Under the pieces are notes generated by a model. That model worked only from the letters and a program-made list of their open reading frames with translations, was not told the DNA's origin and made no database searches. The position numbers and the translations under genes were made by a program. DNA of 64,000 nt from an uncultured virus (IMG/VR IMGVR_UViG_3300025121_000021) (Duplodnaviria > Heunggongvirae > Uroviricota > Caudoviricetes). Shown piece after piece: positions 32,001-41,374 of the stretch. Numbering within the stretch: position 1 is the first letter of the stretch; every line of letters starts with the position of its first letter. The DNA is taken from IMG/VR virus record IMGVR_UViG_3300025121_000021; one strand, written 5' to 3'.

Positions 32001-32463
32001 CAAACGTGCTCGCAAACCAATCCAATAAAGGTCTATCCACATTGCCATCTCCTGTATGGAGTAGAGTAGCCAGACAACCGCTAAGTATAATAAGTCCATT
32101 TTTGTGTTTCTCCAAAAGTTCTAATGTAATACGAGGCTTTTTATAGAAATATTTTTCACTATATGCAAGACTTGAAAGCTTAACTAAGTTAAGCCACCCC
32201 TGTTGATTTTCACACAGTAAAGTTATATGTGATATATCTTTACTTTCTAGATCTCTAGAGATATAAGCTTCCATCCCTAAGATGGGTTTTACTGTGCTGC
32301 TTTTAAATTCTTGATAAAATTTGTAAGCGGAAAATAAATTTCCATGTTCAGTAATAGCAACGGCGGGAAGCCCTAACTTTTCTGCTTTTTTCTTGAGTCC
32401 TTCGATAGAGACAAGTCCATCTAAGATACTATACTGAGTATGGAGATGAAGGGGCACATACAT
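29083..32463 (-). CDS. dnaE: DNA polymerase III alpha subunit (family C)
   Basis: PHP domain LHLHTQYSILDG, GPGRGSGAGS, FERFLNP.R..PDLDCDF, KFDILGL, YGFNKSHA and a C-terminal OB fold. Confidence 0.95.
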   Translation of the reverse strand: MYVPLHLHTQYSILDGLVSIEGLKKKAEKLGLPAVAITEHGNLFSAYKFYQEFKSSTVKPILGMEAYISRDLESKDISHITLLCENQQGWLNLVKLSSLAYSEKYFYKKPRITLELLEKHKNGLIILSGCLATLLHTGDGNVDRPLLDWFASTFGKDYFYIELQRLGLEIQDLLTGNLIQAAQETGLSCVITNDVHWLNKEDKKAHEILLCLKTKSTLLDEDRFNMDTEKCHLQAPEEIEETWKDHPEFVANTVKIAERCNCKLDYKGYLFPKHLDCYGNSIDSLKWLKETALKSLEEQVPENKKDIYIKRLEYEMSVIEKMEFASYFAAVSDYVQWAKKNKIRVGPGRGSGAGSLIFYLLGVTDVDPVKYNLIFERFLNPSRVSLPDLDCDFEDRDSVIEYCIKKHSPEKVLHINVFKPFAAKGAIRGVARVLNIPLNEADMIAKAIPDSNRGINFDLDRLELLPKDHDIFIYYNDSKYKDLFKYAKTFDGVITSLSVHPSGIIVSPIPITDIVPTYTLNVGLENQEGIKYEKRVTSCQWDMGDLEAAGLVKFDILGLDSLRVISKTEEFIKKNDSTFIIESICENDGETYDNLGTGDMLGIFQLEGSQLFSEICARTKPRCIENISEIVSIVRPGPIDSGLHHEYIRAKETNDINILFHIPENPQVQEQVIRILEKTQGLLIYQEQLMEISKAVACYTMAESDTLRKHVGKKKINELRLERKKFVDQAKLNRITEKTSNEIFDAIEKFGLYGFNKSHAMSYSLITYIMAYLKTHYPAEFMAALFYVKGKDNSEKSRSYIPKYLTWCKKNGIDVLAPNVNVSDSDFRIKDKKIFYGLSCIKGASKVACDSIINEREKQGKYTDIYELSGRLYSCKELTARTLNVLAQAGALNEFPHTRKEHIEYAIDDALFNRDVENPWWYRVKLGEYSNLDLLSLEKSLVGTYFSGHPLDEFSEIDKAGYSSIERVLEEGLESFNSEFLFLITAVKEITIKNGRNAGQLMAILTVEDLTGTADVVLFSDKWTRIKDTIEAGAVYYIEGQCRFKEFAEERTLSIYPRKIEKRIPTKPIRRGSFKVETLSDLDFLNETGEDKVNIYYLIDKYKYLLNKELKINLNKLKSIFGKRVC

Positions 32464-32470
32464 ATAATCC

Positions 32471-33322
32471 TTATAATGTTTCTGCGTCTGAAACTGCCAT
32501 AATAATGGCTTGTTGCTCTAGCTCATGAGGGGTCCTATAATAACTTTTAATCTTGTTAAATAGCTGAATAGCAATTTCTGGATTTTTGTCTATTAAAAAT
32601 AGTGCAGCAGCAAAAATATAACCATATTCTTGTTGAAGAATTTCTGGATCAACAACGTTTTGCCTTAGTAAATATTTATACTTATCTATTTCAGTTGTTA
32701 TTCGAAAATAATCATAATGTTCTTGTTTGGAAAAATATTCCAACCACTCACCTTGGTATGGCGAATCACGCATTGTCTGAAAGTACTCTTCTCTATAATA
32801 CTTATGATCCAATAAATCAATTTTTGACTCTTTAATAAAAAGAGGAATTGGTCCCATGAGAAGGGTAGAAGAGAAATATGTAATTAGAGGTAAATCTAAT
32901 GACATATTTTTTAATATTCGGTATATTTCATCATGATAAACTAAATCTTGTAATACAGATCCATCTACTCGTGAGAGATACTGATGTTTATTTTCTACGC
33001 TTGAAATAAAGTTTATATAGTCATGGTTTGTTAATATTCGAGAAAGACTGCAAGGTGTAAGTTTGTAGAAGTAACAAGAAACTTGTAGTGGTAATGAAGC
33101 TTGAACAGAAATACGTATATAATACATTTTTGTAAATTTAGACATAGTTTTTATCTCGTCTAAAGTTACAAACTCAAATGGATATTGGAAACCATCATAA
33201 CGCAATGTTTTCTGTTCGAAATCAATAGGAGAATAGAAACGTTCTCTTCGTGTTTTAAAAGCTGGATCATTAATCTTTATTAAAATATATCGGCTATGTC
33301 TCTCTTCATAGAAGTATTGCAT
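32471..33322 (-). CDS. Hypothetical protein
   Basis: 283-aa ORF. Confidence 0.6.
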   Translation of the reverse strand: MQYFYEERHSRYILIKINDPAFKTRRERFYSPIDFEQKTLRYDGFQYPFEFVTLDEIKTMSKFTKMYYIRISVQASLPLQVSCYFYKLTPCSLSRILTNHDYINFISSVENKHQYLSRVDGSVLQDLVYHDEIYRILKNMSLDLPLITYFSSTLLMGPIPLFIKESKIDLLDHKYYREEYFQTMRDSPYQGEWLEYFSKQEHYDYFRITTEIDKYKYLLRQNVVDPEILQQEYGYIFAAALFLIDKNPEIAIQLFNKIKSYYRTPHELEQQAIIMAVSDAETL

Positions 33323-33686
33323 CTTTCCTCTTAATTAGATTTTTATGTGGTTTGAATTCTATAAAAGTTTGTTCTGTCTCATAGACATCCACAATATTTT
33401 CTTTTTTATGTTTAATATAAGTGTCATGCCCAACTAAAGTTTCTGTTTCTGAAACTAAAACTTCTGAAACAGGAATGACGTTAGTAAAAGCTTCCTTTTT
33501 TGAGGTCGCTTTAAAATTCATATATTTATATTTAATATCTAAAAAATCATCTATTTTAAAAGGCAACTCTAAATTAATTGCTTTCTCAATCTCCTGGAAG
33601 ATAGAAGTAAATATTAATTCAATATCTTCAACTGATATTTTCTGCAACTTCGGGTTCTGGCATATTTCTTTCAAGATATTCGGCAT
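33306..33686 (-). CDS. Possible HU/IHF-like DNA-binding protein
   Basis: N-terminal helices, an 'F..I...L...F.I..F' pattern and C-terminal FKPHKNL. The resemblance is weak. Confidence 0.3.
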   Translation of the reverse strand: MPNILKEICQNPKLQKISVEDIELIFTSIFQEIEKAINLELPFKIDDFLDIKYKYMNFKATSKKEAFTNVIPVSEVLVSETETLVGHDTYIKHKKENIVDVYETEQTFIEFKPHKNLIKRKDAILL

Positions 33687-34143
33687 CTTCTACCATCTCA
33701 TCAAAGTGTGGTTGTATCTCTTTTACTATATTAATCAATCGCAAAAAAGTTTCCTCAATGACAGCAACGCTGCACAGAGCAGTAACAATTCCAAATCCTA
33801 CCTCCATTTGTAAATTGTAGGCAGGATGATCGTCTTCTACTTTTTCTTCTAACCAAACATTATAAATTTTAGTCCCATTCTCATACATGAAGGGGAGAAG
33901 AGAAGTAATGACAGCAGGTGGGTCATATTTAATTGGAATATTTAATTCGACCGGAATAGAAATATGAACCGTTGATGCATCTTGCCATAGAATACTAAAA
34001 ATTAACGAAATTTGTTCTGAATTAAAAGTAATACTATAGCGTGATCTTTCCATGCAGTCTTCAATTTTGATGTCTAATTCTTGTTCATCTTTTAAAATTT
34101 GTGCAAATTCGAGTATTGATTCTCTTAAAAAGTCATTTATCAT
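33628..34143 (-). CDS. Hypothetical protein
   Basis: ORF with ATGA overlap. Confidence 0.55.
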   Translation of the reverse strand: MINDFLRESILEFAQILKDEQELDIKIEDCMERSRYSITFNSEQISLIFSILWQDASTVHISIPVELNIPIKYDPPAVITSLLPFMYENGTKIYNVWLEEKVEDDHPAYNLQMEVGFGIVTALCSVAVIEETFLRLINIVKEIQPHFDEMVEDAEYLERNMPEPEVAENIS

Positions 34144-35501
34144 AATTCCTCAATTCGTGTTAAATCTACAGAGTAACCATTTTGTGCATAAGTTCTTGCT
34201 AGTTTTCTAGCATAACCCTTATATATATTATTACTATCTACTAAATAGTAAACGACAGAATCTTTTAGTCTTTCGGTTCTTCCTATACTTTGGAAGGCTG
34301 GTATATATCCAGCAAAGGGAGAGGCTAGAATAAGAGCATTGAGTCCAGGAATATCTAGACCCGTAGACAGAATAGACATTGTTGCAATAATAATAGGTTT
34401 ATCGTATTGCTGTTCTCTATGATCTTTTTTTCTATTGTCTCCTGTTATAACTCCACGATCTTCTATTTTTTCAGCTAAATAATATATTTGCTTCTTGCGA
34501 CAAGAAAGAATTAAAGTTTTTTTTTCTTGTTCTCGTAAGTCGTCAACTAAACTTAAAATTAAGTTATTGCGTCTTTCGTTTTCGCATATGTTGTTCATCA
34601 TTCTCGAATCGTTTAGTTTCGATCCTTGTTTGGTGTATCTGTATTGTTCTTTTATTCTAATAAAAGTTGGGTAAAATATAATTTTTGCTTTTCCTGTTTC
34701 CCTAATAGGCTTAGAATAAATAACTGGACCAATATGTAAATATAGTAAGCGCTGTAAACCATCATCCCTATCAACTGTAGCAGTAAGACCAATCCTACTT
34801 TTAGCAGGAAACAAAGACAAAACTCTTTGTCTTTCTGGCGAGCACATAGTATGTGCTTCATCGTATATACATACGCCGATTTTATTTATTACTTCTTTGG
34901 GAAAATCTAGCTTATATCCAGTTTGAACTAAACAAATGTAGCCCATTCTATCTTCCCATTCTCTTTTTCCTAAACCTATCACACCAATGTCTTCTGTTTT
35001 TAAATTGGTAAATTCTACGATTTTATCAATCCATTGTGTTATTAATGGTTCTACATGAACAAAGATAATAAATTGTCTTTTTAGTGTTGCTAAATATTTA
35101 ATTGCTAAAGCAGTTTTTCCAGCGCCCGTATGTAAATGTAAAATTCCATTACGATTTTTAAGTGCGGCATCATAAGCTTCAATTTGAGTTTGATCGCGCA
35201 ATAAAATATGGTCTATTATATTTATATACCTACCAGTTTCTGTCTCGTCTTGGGTTTCCCACCCTAATTCAGCGCGTCTTTCAGAAGTATTAAGCATACG
35301 AGGGACATATAAGTAATCATCATCTTCATGATATGCATTTATATATTGAGAAATATCTGTGGCATATCCGCTTTTAATTACTTTGTCATAAGCCTTGTTT
35401 TCTACAGTTAAGAATTTTTTTAATTCAGCACAAAGTTCAACTTCTAGTCTAGGAATTTGTATATGATTGTTTATCTTAACTTTCATTCTATTTTGACCCA
35501 C
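34140..35501 (-). CDS. Superfamily 2 DEAD/H helicase (XPB/UvsW-like)
   Basis: TGAGKT, YDEAH, GLTAT..R.DG, TGLDIP and QSIGR. Confidence 0.9.
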   Translation of the reverse strand: MGQNRMKVKINNHIQIPRLEVELCAELKKFLTVENKAYDKVIKSGYATDISQYINAYHEDDDYLYVPRMLNTSERRAELGWETQDETETGRYINIIDHILLRDQTQIEAYDAALKNRNGILHLHTGAGKTALAIKYLATLKRQFIIFVHVEPLITQWIDKIVEFTNLKTEDIGVIGLGKREWEDRMGYICLVQTGYKLDFPKEVINKIGVCIYDEAHTMCSPERQRVLSLFPAKSRIGLTATVDRDDGLQRLLYLHIGPVIYSKPIRETGKAKIIFYPTFIRIKEQYRYTKQGSKLNDSRMMNNICENERRNNLILSLVDDLREQEKKTLILSCRKKQIYYLAEKIEDRGVITGDNRKKDHREQQYDKPIIIATMSILSTGLDIPGLNALILASPFAGYIPAFQSIGRTERLKDSVVYYLVDSNNIYKGYARKLARTYAQNGYSVDLTRIEEL

Positions 35502-35836
35502 TTCCCTTCTTCATCTTTCCCTTCTACTTTTATTTCGCGCTCTATATTTTGTTCTATTTTCTCTTCAATATTTTTCAATGTGCCAGTTATACGAGCAGCC
35601 TCAAATATAAGCCAATCTTGAAATTTTTTACTATTGACCATTCTACGAAACGCTAACTTTTTATTCTGATTTTGAGATCTTTCGTCGGCTGCGTTTCCTA
35701 TCGCTCCTGAAGGTTCATGAGTACATCGAACTGCTGTATCTCTTTTGTTTCTATTCTGGCCTCCATTTCCTGAAGCCCTATAATATTCCCATTTTATATC
35801 TTTGGCTGTAACGCTAAAAAGTTTTTCTTTATCCAT
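35483..35836 (-). CDS. RF-1-domain GGQ peptidyl-tRNA hydrolase (ArfB/PrfH-like)
   Basis: RASGNGGQNRNK..TAVR.TH.PSG and ERSQ.QNK..A. Confidence 0.85.
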   Translation of the reverse strand: MDKEKLFSVTAKDIKWEYYRASGNGGQNRNKRDTAVRCTHEPSGAIGNAADERSQNQNKKLAFRRMVNSKKFQDWLIFEAARITGTLKNIEEKIEQNIEREIKVEGKDEEGKWVKIE

Positions 35837-36104
35837 TCGTCAATACTTTGAATAATTTTTCTTTAGCATTGGGAAATTGTTTTTCGTATTCTGGGTCAAT
35901 TTCTCCTAGAAGATATTCTCTAGATTCACAAATAATGATATTGTCTTCTGGTTTTGCTCCTATAATTTTACTGGTCGTAATTAATTTGCCATCTTCTTTA
36001 TTGGGGTAATTATATATTTCACCTACTAAATGGGAAGAGATTAATTCAGGAGCTTGGTAAGCATTTCCTCGTTGTATGACAAACCAATTTTCAATTCTAA
36101 CCAT
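35829..36104 (-). CDS. Hypothetical protein
   Basis: ORF in operon. Confidence 0.55.
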   Translation of the reverse strand: MVRIENWFVIQRGNAYQAPELISSHLVGEIYNYPNKEDGKLITTSKIIGAKPEDNIIICESREYLLGEIDPEYEKQFPNAKEKLFKVLTNG

Positions 36105-36450
36105 TTTTTACCTCAACTATGTTATACTCAAAATTTATAATGTAATTTCGATTTAGCAAATATGATTGATTGTAATTCTCTCCATAAACAAATAAATAAT
36201 ATTGTCTTTCACTAAAGAACCATTTTATAAAATTTCTCATTTCATTGTTTTCAGTAGGTTTCTTTGAAGGATCCCAAGGTCGAATATTCCATATAGCAGA
36301 AGATCTTGGCCAACCTTCTTTAAAGTTTATTTTTAAAACTAAATCATAGATTTTGGGTTTGGGGACATCCTCTATTTGATTCTTTTTAGACTTTTCCTCT
36401 GTTGATTCTTTGCATTCACAAGGTTTTTGTTTCTTGAAAAACCATTTCAT
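36097..36450 (-). CDS. Hypothetical protein
   Basis: ORF in operon. Confidence 0.55.
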   Translation of the reverse strand: MKWFFKKQKPCECKESTEEKSKKNQIEDVPKPKIYDLVLKINFKEGWPRSSAIWNIRPWDPSKKPTENNEMRNFIKWFFSERQYYLFVYGENYNQSYLLNRNYIINFEYNIVEVKNG

Positions 36451-36809
36451 AGTATCTCCGTGTTTATATTAAAAAGATTTTTTAATGTTTCGAAATCAAA
36501 AGGTTGTACATACCGTACATAATAGGTGTATATATCTTTAGAATCGCAACCAAGATCTCCACATTCAAGGCTTACAAGTTCAATGTAATCGATATTGTGA
36601 TTGGGATGAGGTGTCGAAGACCAGAACCAACTCTCTGTAAATCCCCAAACTTTATCAAAAAACGCTTGTTGTAGCTCTTCACTTGTTGGAAGTCTCCAGT
36701 TGTCTTTTTCTAAGTCTTTGGCTTGAAACCAAGTCATTGGTTTTTGGGTTGGTCCCCAAATTAATCTTCTTTGGAAGTCAATTGTAAGGCCATTGATTAC
36801 TTTAAACAT
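36447..36809 (-). CDS. DUF1566 (Lcl/C-type-lectin-like) family protein, copy A
   Basis: LIW...MTW..A...WRLPT.EEL...FWSS...YVR.V. Near-identical at DNA level to other copies in its 5' part. Confidence 0.75.
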   Translation of the reverse strand: MFKVINGLTIDFQRRLIWGPTQKPMTWFQAKDLEKDNWRLPTSEELQQAFFDKVWGFTESWFWSSTPHPNHNIDYIELVSLECGDLGCDSKDIYTYYVRYVQPFDFETLKNLFNINTEIL

Positions 36810-36811
36810 AT

Positions 36812-37186
36812 TTATTTGTCCTGATTATGATGTCTTCTTCTCTTATCGATAAGACCTGTCATTTCTTGTAAAATGCCAGAGACGGGGACATATCTTAATC
36901 CACTAATAATTTTTTCTAATTTACTTATATAAGAAGAAGAAGCATTATAATAATATACTTTACCTTTAAACTTTATATCTTTAATAGCTTGTGCAACTTG
37001 TATTAAACCTTTTAGTTTTTCATGTTTTATAAAACTAAGGAATATATATTTATAAGTATCCCCGTTTAGATATATTTCATCTAATATCCCTTCAACGGTT
37101 TTATAAGATTTTATCCAATCAAAAGGTAATACTTTTTTGTAGTTGTTAACCATTTCATCGTTATCATCATAAACTAAAATTTTCAT
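36812..37186 (-). CDS. Hypothetical protein, receiver-domain-like N-terminus
   Basis: MKILVYDD start. No clear phospho-acceptor Asp. Confidence 0.4.
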   Translation of the reverse strand: MKILVYDDNDEMVNNYKKVLPFDWIKSYKTVEGILDEIYLNGDTYKYIFLSFIKHEKLKGLIQVAQAIKDIKFKGKVYYYNASSSYISKLEKIISGLRYVPVSGILQEMTGLIDKRRRHHNQDK

Positions 37187-37575
37187 AGTTGTTGTCCGTT
37201 AGAGTTTATACCATTTAATAAATAAAGAGTCATCTGCTCTGCAGGGTAGTCTTCTTCCTCTAAAAAAATATCTAATAATGTCATATTTGGAGAAAAATAA
37301 TAAGAATTTTCAAGAATACACATTTCGTCTATCTCTTTTTTTTCAGTATGACCTATTTCGAATGACTCTAGAGTCCCTATATAGTTTTTAGTATTTAATA
37401 TATCTGTAATTTTTATAAAATATTGTTCTACAAACTTTAGGTGTTGTATAAGATAAAGGAGAATCATCCCTTTTTGTGGTTCTAGATTATTAACCATTGG
37501 AAGGTCTGTTATAGATATACAGTCTTTATCTTTTTTCCTTGATATCCTTAATGGATTTCTTTTAAAATAAATCAT
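37183..37575 (-). CDS. Hypothetical protein, tandem paralog 1
   Basis: MIYFKRNPLRI...DCI.IT.LP.VNNL. Confidence 0.6.
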   Translation of the reverse strand: MIYFKRNPLRISRKKDKDCISITDLPMVNNLEPQKGMILLYLIQHLKFVEQYFIKITDILNTKNYIGTLESFEIGHTEKKEIDEMCILENSYYFSPNMTLLDIFLEEEDYPAEQMTLYLLNGINSNGQQL

Positions 37576-37949
37576 AATTCTTCCTGTGATTCATTAAGTA
37601 GATAGACATTCACATTTCTTAAACTTGCTATTCCACAAGAAAATATTTCTGTCATTGTCATATTTGAATTATATTGATAAAACATATGGCCAAGACACAT
37701 TTTACTTACATCAGTATGTCTTTCATGTCGTAGACAAGTTTCCCATGTTTCCATTCCACAGGTATATATTGTATGAATTTTAGTGATATATGTTACCCTT
37801 CTTACAGATGGGTCAATATAATCAATTAAAAGCAACATACCTGTCATAAGTTTTAGATTATTAACAACAGGAAGAGTCGTTATAGGTATACAGTCTGCAT
37901 TTATCTTTCTTTTGTATATTCGTAACGGATTTCTTCTGAAATATATCAT
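37572..37949 (-). CDS. Hypothetical protein, tandem paralog 2
   Basis: MIYFRRNPLRI...DCI.IT.LP.VNNL. Confidence 0.6.
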   Translation of the reverse strand: MIYFRRNPLRIYKRKINADCIPITTLPVVNNLKLMTGMLLLIDYIDPSVRRVTYITKIHTIYTCGMETWETCLRHERHTDVSKMCLGHMFYQYNSNMTMTEIFSCGIASLRNVNVYLLNESQEEL

Positions 37950-38311
37950 AGCTTTTCTATATTTGATAAAAATGGATATAAATAACAGGAGGAAGAAAAA
38001 AGAAGCCCTAAACTATTTTTAGGATCATAACTACCACAAATATTAACTCCAAATTTTGTGTCTATTATAGACTGGAGAGAAATTTGGTTTCTATTTGTTT
38101 CCAAAAGTTGATACATATACCTTACAGATATATCTGTCGTCTCTATAATTTTTATTAAATAATAAGTACGCTCTGTATTTTTACAGAAAAGAACCATATT
38201 AGCTTGAGGTTTAATATTTGTTATATCTGGTAAAAATCGAAATTCATATAAATCTCCACGATCTGAAGGAAATGTTGTTAAGAGAACTGGATCTTTCTTT
38301 ATATATAACAT
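37946..38311 (-). CDS. Hypothetical protein, tandem paralog 3 (divergent)
   Basis: MLYIKKDPV...LPDITNIKP..NMVL. Confidence 0.55.
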   Translation of the reverse strand: MLYIKKDPVLLTTFPSDRGDLYEFRFLPDITNIKPQANMVLFCKNTERTYYLIKIIETTDISVRYMYQLLETNRNQISLQSIIDTKFGVNICGSYDPKNSLGLLFSSSCYLYPFLSNIEKL

Positions 38312-40554
38312 TAGTTCCTTTTTAAACTACAGGTGCCTCCCGAGCAAGCTGCTGTGGCTAATTGATCCGTCGAATCTATGACCTCATAGTAAGTTAGTTT
38401 TGAAAAATCTATATTTTTAAGGACTGAAACACGCTTTTCGTATTCCTCTTTACTAATCCTTTCTTTTGGAGCTAAGCGATATATATTGTCGCCATCTTCT
38501 TTAGGAAAGAAAGATAATCCGCCAACTATATCCCAATTTTCATAAACCCAAGCAGCAACCAACAACCATTCACCTTCTCCTACATATATGGTGCAACTTG
38601 GATTATGCTCACAGTAATTAATTTTAACCATCTTCCAATATTCTAATTGCTCAATAGCTGACAAAGTATTAGAAAATACTTCGGCTCCTTCAGGAGCCCT
38701 AACCGGGAATTCTACTGACCATATCGTTTCGTCATATTGATAACATGGAACGTTTTGATCTTTTAATAGTTTGAGCATTGGATCGGTATTAGAAATTTGA
38801 ATTCTATTAATATAGTAAGGTGCATAATGTGTGTGCATCCCTTCGGAAGCACCTACTACTTTAGATAAAGTGCCCGACGGTTTAATGGCTGTAATAGCAG
38901 AAGCAGGATTAATGTTAAATTGTTTCGCGTAGTAAGTATTAACTTCTATAGTTCTGTCGCGCAAAATCCTTAGAACTTCTGGGTTTCTTACCATAGGACA
39001 ATCCCATTGCCCAGTGATAGAAACTCCTAGAAGTCTTTCTTCTTTACAATTTTGTTCCCATTCGGGTGACATATCTGGAAAATAAGTCAATGTAGATTGA
39101 TATGTCCCAATTAAAGTAGCAACATCTATTTTATGCAATAAGTTTTCTAGAGTATCATCAAAACGAACTACAATCTCGCTTAAATTACATAAACTATTAG
39201 ATTGCAATACTATTTCCCCACAAGGGTTTACCCCTAGACTATTAATTCTTTTACCCAATAATTTAATTCTTCTAGGAGGTAAAGTTTTTCTAAAGGAATA
39301 GCGGTTGATAATTCCCCTCTCTCCCGACCCACTTTTAACTAAGTTTAACCATTCTTCCATAAAGACAGCTTCGCTTGGCTTATCAAATACCGGGTAAGCT
39401 ACAGAATTATTTGCCCACATTCTCTGTTTGTTTGTAGACAGCCAATCGCCTGCTTTAGCTAGCCGCATATGTATATCGTCTAGTTCAGAAATGGAAATTA
39501 AAGCACTTCTTCGTGTTGAACCCGCTTCGGTACATTGTCCAATTTTACAGAGAATATCATGTATGTCTATACTCTTTAATCTTGATCCTTGATTGGCCAA
39601 AATTCTATTGCGCGCAAAATTTACTAAGTCTATAAAAGGACGATCTCCAGAAGCACGACCACCCATTGTCTTTAAGGGAGTTCCTACTGGACGAATTTGA
39701 GATGTGTCTAAAACAAAATTTTGTCCATTATATAATAACTCTAATATATAATTAAAACTTTTGACCCAACCTTCTCTTGAATCTTCAACTATAATTACTT
39801 CTGGATCTACTCGCTTTTGATATTTAATTTTTGGAAGATCATGAATAATACTATTCTCAACGGAGAACCCTACTCCTACTCCAAGCATGAGTAAGTTCAT
39901 GGCCTCTCCGAAGCGTTGTAGCTCATTGGGAGTGAGATAGGAACAGTTATATGCACAGATATTAGTTCTATCTATTGGGAGTCCGGCTAGCTGAAAATGC
40001 CTCATAGAGAACATTGCTTTTTGTTCTAGTACTGATTCTCTAATTGTGTTGTAAGTAGGCTCGTCTAAAAGACCTCCTAACTGACGTCTCATATAATTAA
40101 CGCTACGATCTACAGTCTCTTCGTATACTTCTCTTCTATTATGTTGTGGAAGCCAACGAGCATATGTTCTTGCATAAACAAATTCTCGACGTAAGTCGTG
40201 ATCAAAATATTGTTTATTTCGAATTACTAAATCTCTATATTCTTGAGAAGGAGCATACTTTTTATTCTTTTTTCTTTCCTCTCTATAAAGAATAAAGTTC
40301 TTAGCAGTCTTGTGCATTTGTAGAGTTAAGAATACATATTCTACAACATCTTGTAACTCTTCTACATGAGGAATGTATTCTAGGTTTTCACTTAATTTTA
40401 GTTCAAAAAAATGTGAAATTTTATTTAGAACATCGTTATATAATCCTTGTTCTTCAATAGCTAAGGCATTTTTTATTGCTTTTTCTAATTTTTCTTCATC
40501 GAAAGAGACTGTTGTCCCGTTTCTTTTAATGATTTGATTTAAAATTTTATTCAT
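38311..40554 (-). CDS. nrdJ: Class II (AdoCbl-dependent) ribonucleoside-triphosphate reductase with ATP cone
   Basis: ATP cone IIKRNG...FDEEK, YNC, GVGVGF, GGRASG, RRSALI, NPCGE..L...LCNL, IKPSGT, HNPSCT and C-terminal ACSGGTC. Confidence 0.9.
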   Translation of the reverse strand: MNKILNQIIKRNGTTVSFDEEKLEKAIKNALAIEEQGLYNDVLNKISHFFELKLSENLEYIPHVEELQDVVEYVFLTLQMHKTAKNFILYREERKKNKKYAPSQEYRDLVIRNKQYFDHDLRREFVYARTYARWLPQHNRREVYEETVDRSVNYMRRQLGGLLDEPTYNTIRESVLEQKAMFSMRHFQLAGLPIDRTNICAYNCSYLTPNELQRFGEAMNLLMLGVGVGFSVENSIIHDLPKIKYQKRVDPEVIIVEDSREGWVKSFNYILELLYNGQNFVLDTSQIRPVGTPLKTMGGRASGDRPFIDLVNFARNRILANQGSRLKSIDIHDILCKIGQCTEAGSTRRSALISISELDDIHMRLAKAGDWLSTNKQRMWANNSVAYPVFDKPSEAVFMEEWLNLVKSGSGERGIINRYSFRKTLPPRRIKLLGKRINSLGVNPCGEIVLQSNSLCNLSEIVVRFDDTLENLLHKIDVATLIGTYQSTLTYFPDMSPEWEQNCKEERLLGVSITGQWDCPMVRNPEVLRILRDRTIEVNTYYAKQFNINPASAITAIKPSGTLSKVVGASEGMHTHYAPYYINRIQISNTDPMLKLLKDQNVPCYQYDETIWSVEFPVRAPEGAEVFSNTLSAIEQLEYWKMVKINYCEHNPSCTIYVGEGEWLLVAAWVYENWDIVGGLSFFPKEDGDNIYRLAPKERISKEEYEKRVSVLKNIDFSKLTYYEVIDSTDQLATAACSGGTCSLKRN

Positions 40555-40562
40555 AATTACTC

Positions 40563-40916
40563 TTATAAAATTTCTATTGTAAAATTTAATTCTTTTAAAA
40601 TCAAAGAATCAAGTGGTTTTACATATCGTACATAGTAGGTAAAACATTCATCCTCGTAGTCGGTATAGCCACTATAGAAAAGTATAACCCGTGAATAACC
40701 AGTATAATTAAAGTAGGGAGATGACGACCAAAAGTAATGTGATATAAATCCAGGAACTTTATCTATACATGCTTGTTTTAATTCATCAATTGTTGGAAGT
40801 CTCCAACTGTCTTTTTCTAAGTCTTTGGCTTTATTCCAGCTTCTTGGTTCTTGGGTTAATCCCCAAACTAATTTATTCTTGAAATCGATTGTAAGACCAT
40901 TGATTACTTTAAACAT
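40563..40916 (-). CDS. DUF1566 family protein, copy B
   Basis: Paralog of copy A, with WRLPTIDEL and FWSSS. Confidence 0.75.
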   Translation of the reverse strand: MFKVINGLTIDFKNKLVWGLTQEPRSWNKAKDLEKDSWRLPTIDELKQACIDKVPGFISHYFWSSSPYFNYTGYSRVILFYSGYTDYEDECFTYYVRYVKPLDSLILKELNFTIEIL

Positions 40917-40918
40917 AT

Positions 40919-41374
40919 TTATTTTCCTGTTGAACCAAACCCACCTTTACGTATTTCTTGTTTAATCTCCAAACCTGTTCTTACGATTGGGATCAAAATA
41001 CCTTGCGCAATACGATCAAATATATTCAAAAAAATTGTTTCTTCTGTTGGGTTATAAACTGGGATTAAGATTTCATCTCTATAATCACTATCTATAACAC
41101 CACTTCCAACAAAGACTAACCCTTGTTTAGCTATTGAACTACGCAAACGAACATCTAAAAACATATTAGATGACATTTTTTTGATAAACAATCCGGTTTG
41201 CAGCATGACTATTTCTTTAGGTTTGATTAACAATTGAGAAAGACATTCTTCCCATTCTATTGGGGCAAGAATAATATCAAAAGCTGCAGAACCTGTTGTC
41301 GCATAATGGGGCATTTTTTCTGTAGGATATAATCTATCTTCTGCTACTTTTAATTCAAATATATATTCTGTCAT
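40919..41374 (-). CDS. dut: dUTPase (trimeric)
   Basis: SAAFD, RSS, GVIDSDYR, RIAQ and RKGGFGSTG. ATG at 41374. Confidence 0.9.
   Translation of the reverse strand: MTEYIFELKVAEDRLYPTEKMPHYATTGSAAFDIILAPIEWEECLSQLLIKPKEIVMLQTGLFIKKMSSNMFLDVRLRSSIAKQGLVFVGSGVIDSDYRDEILIPVYNPTEETIFLNIFDRIAQGILIPIVRTGLEIKQEIRKGGFGSTGK

Noticed and set aside
29083..40554. Inteins or introns in dnaE or nrdJ
   Set aside because: Lengths are normal and motifs are contiguous. No intein C-terminal HN-C/S/T junction or LAGLIDADG block was noticed.
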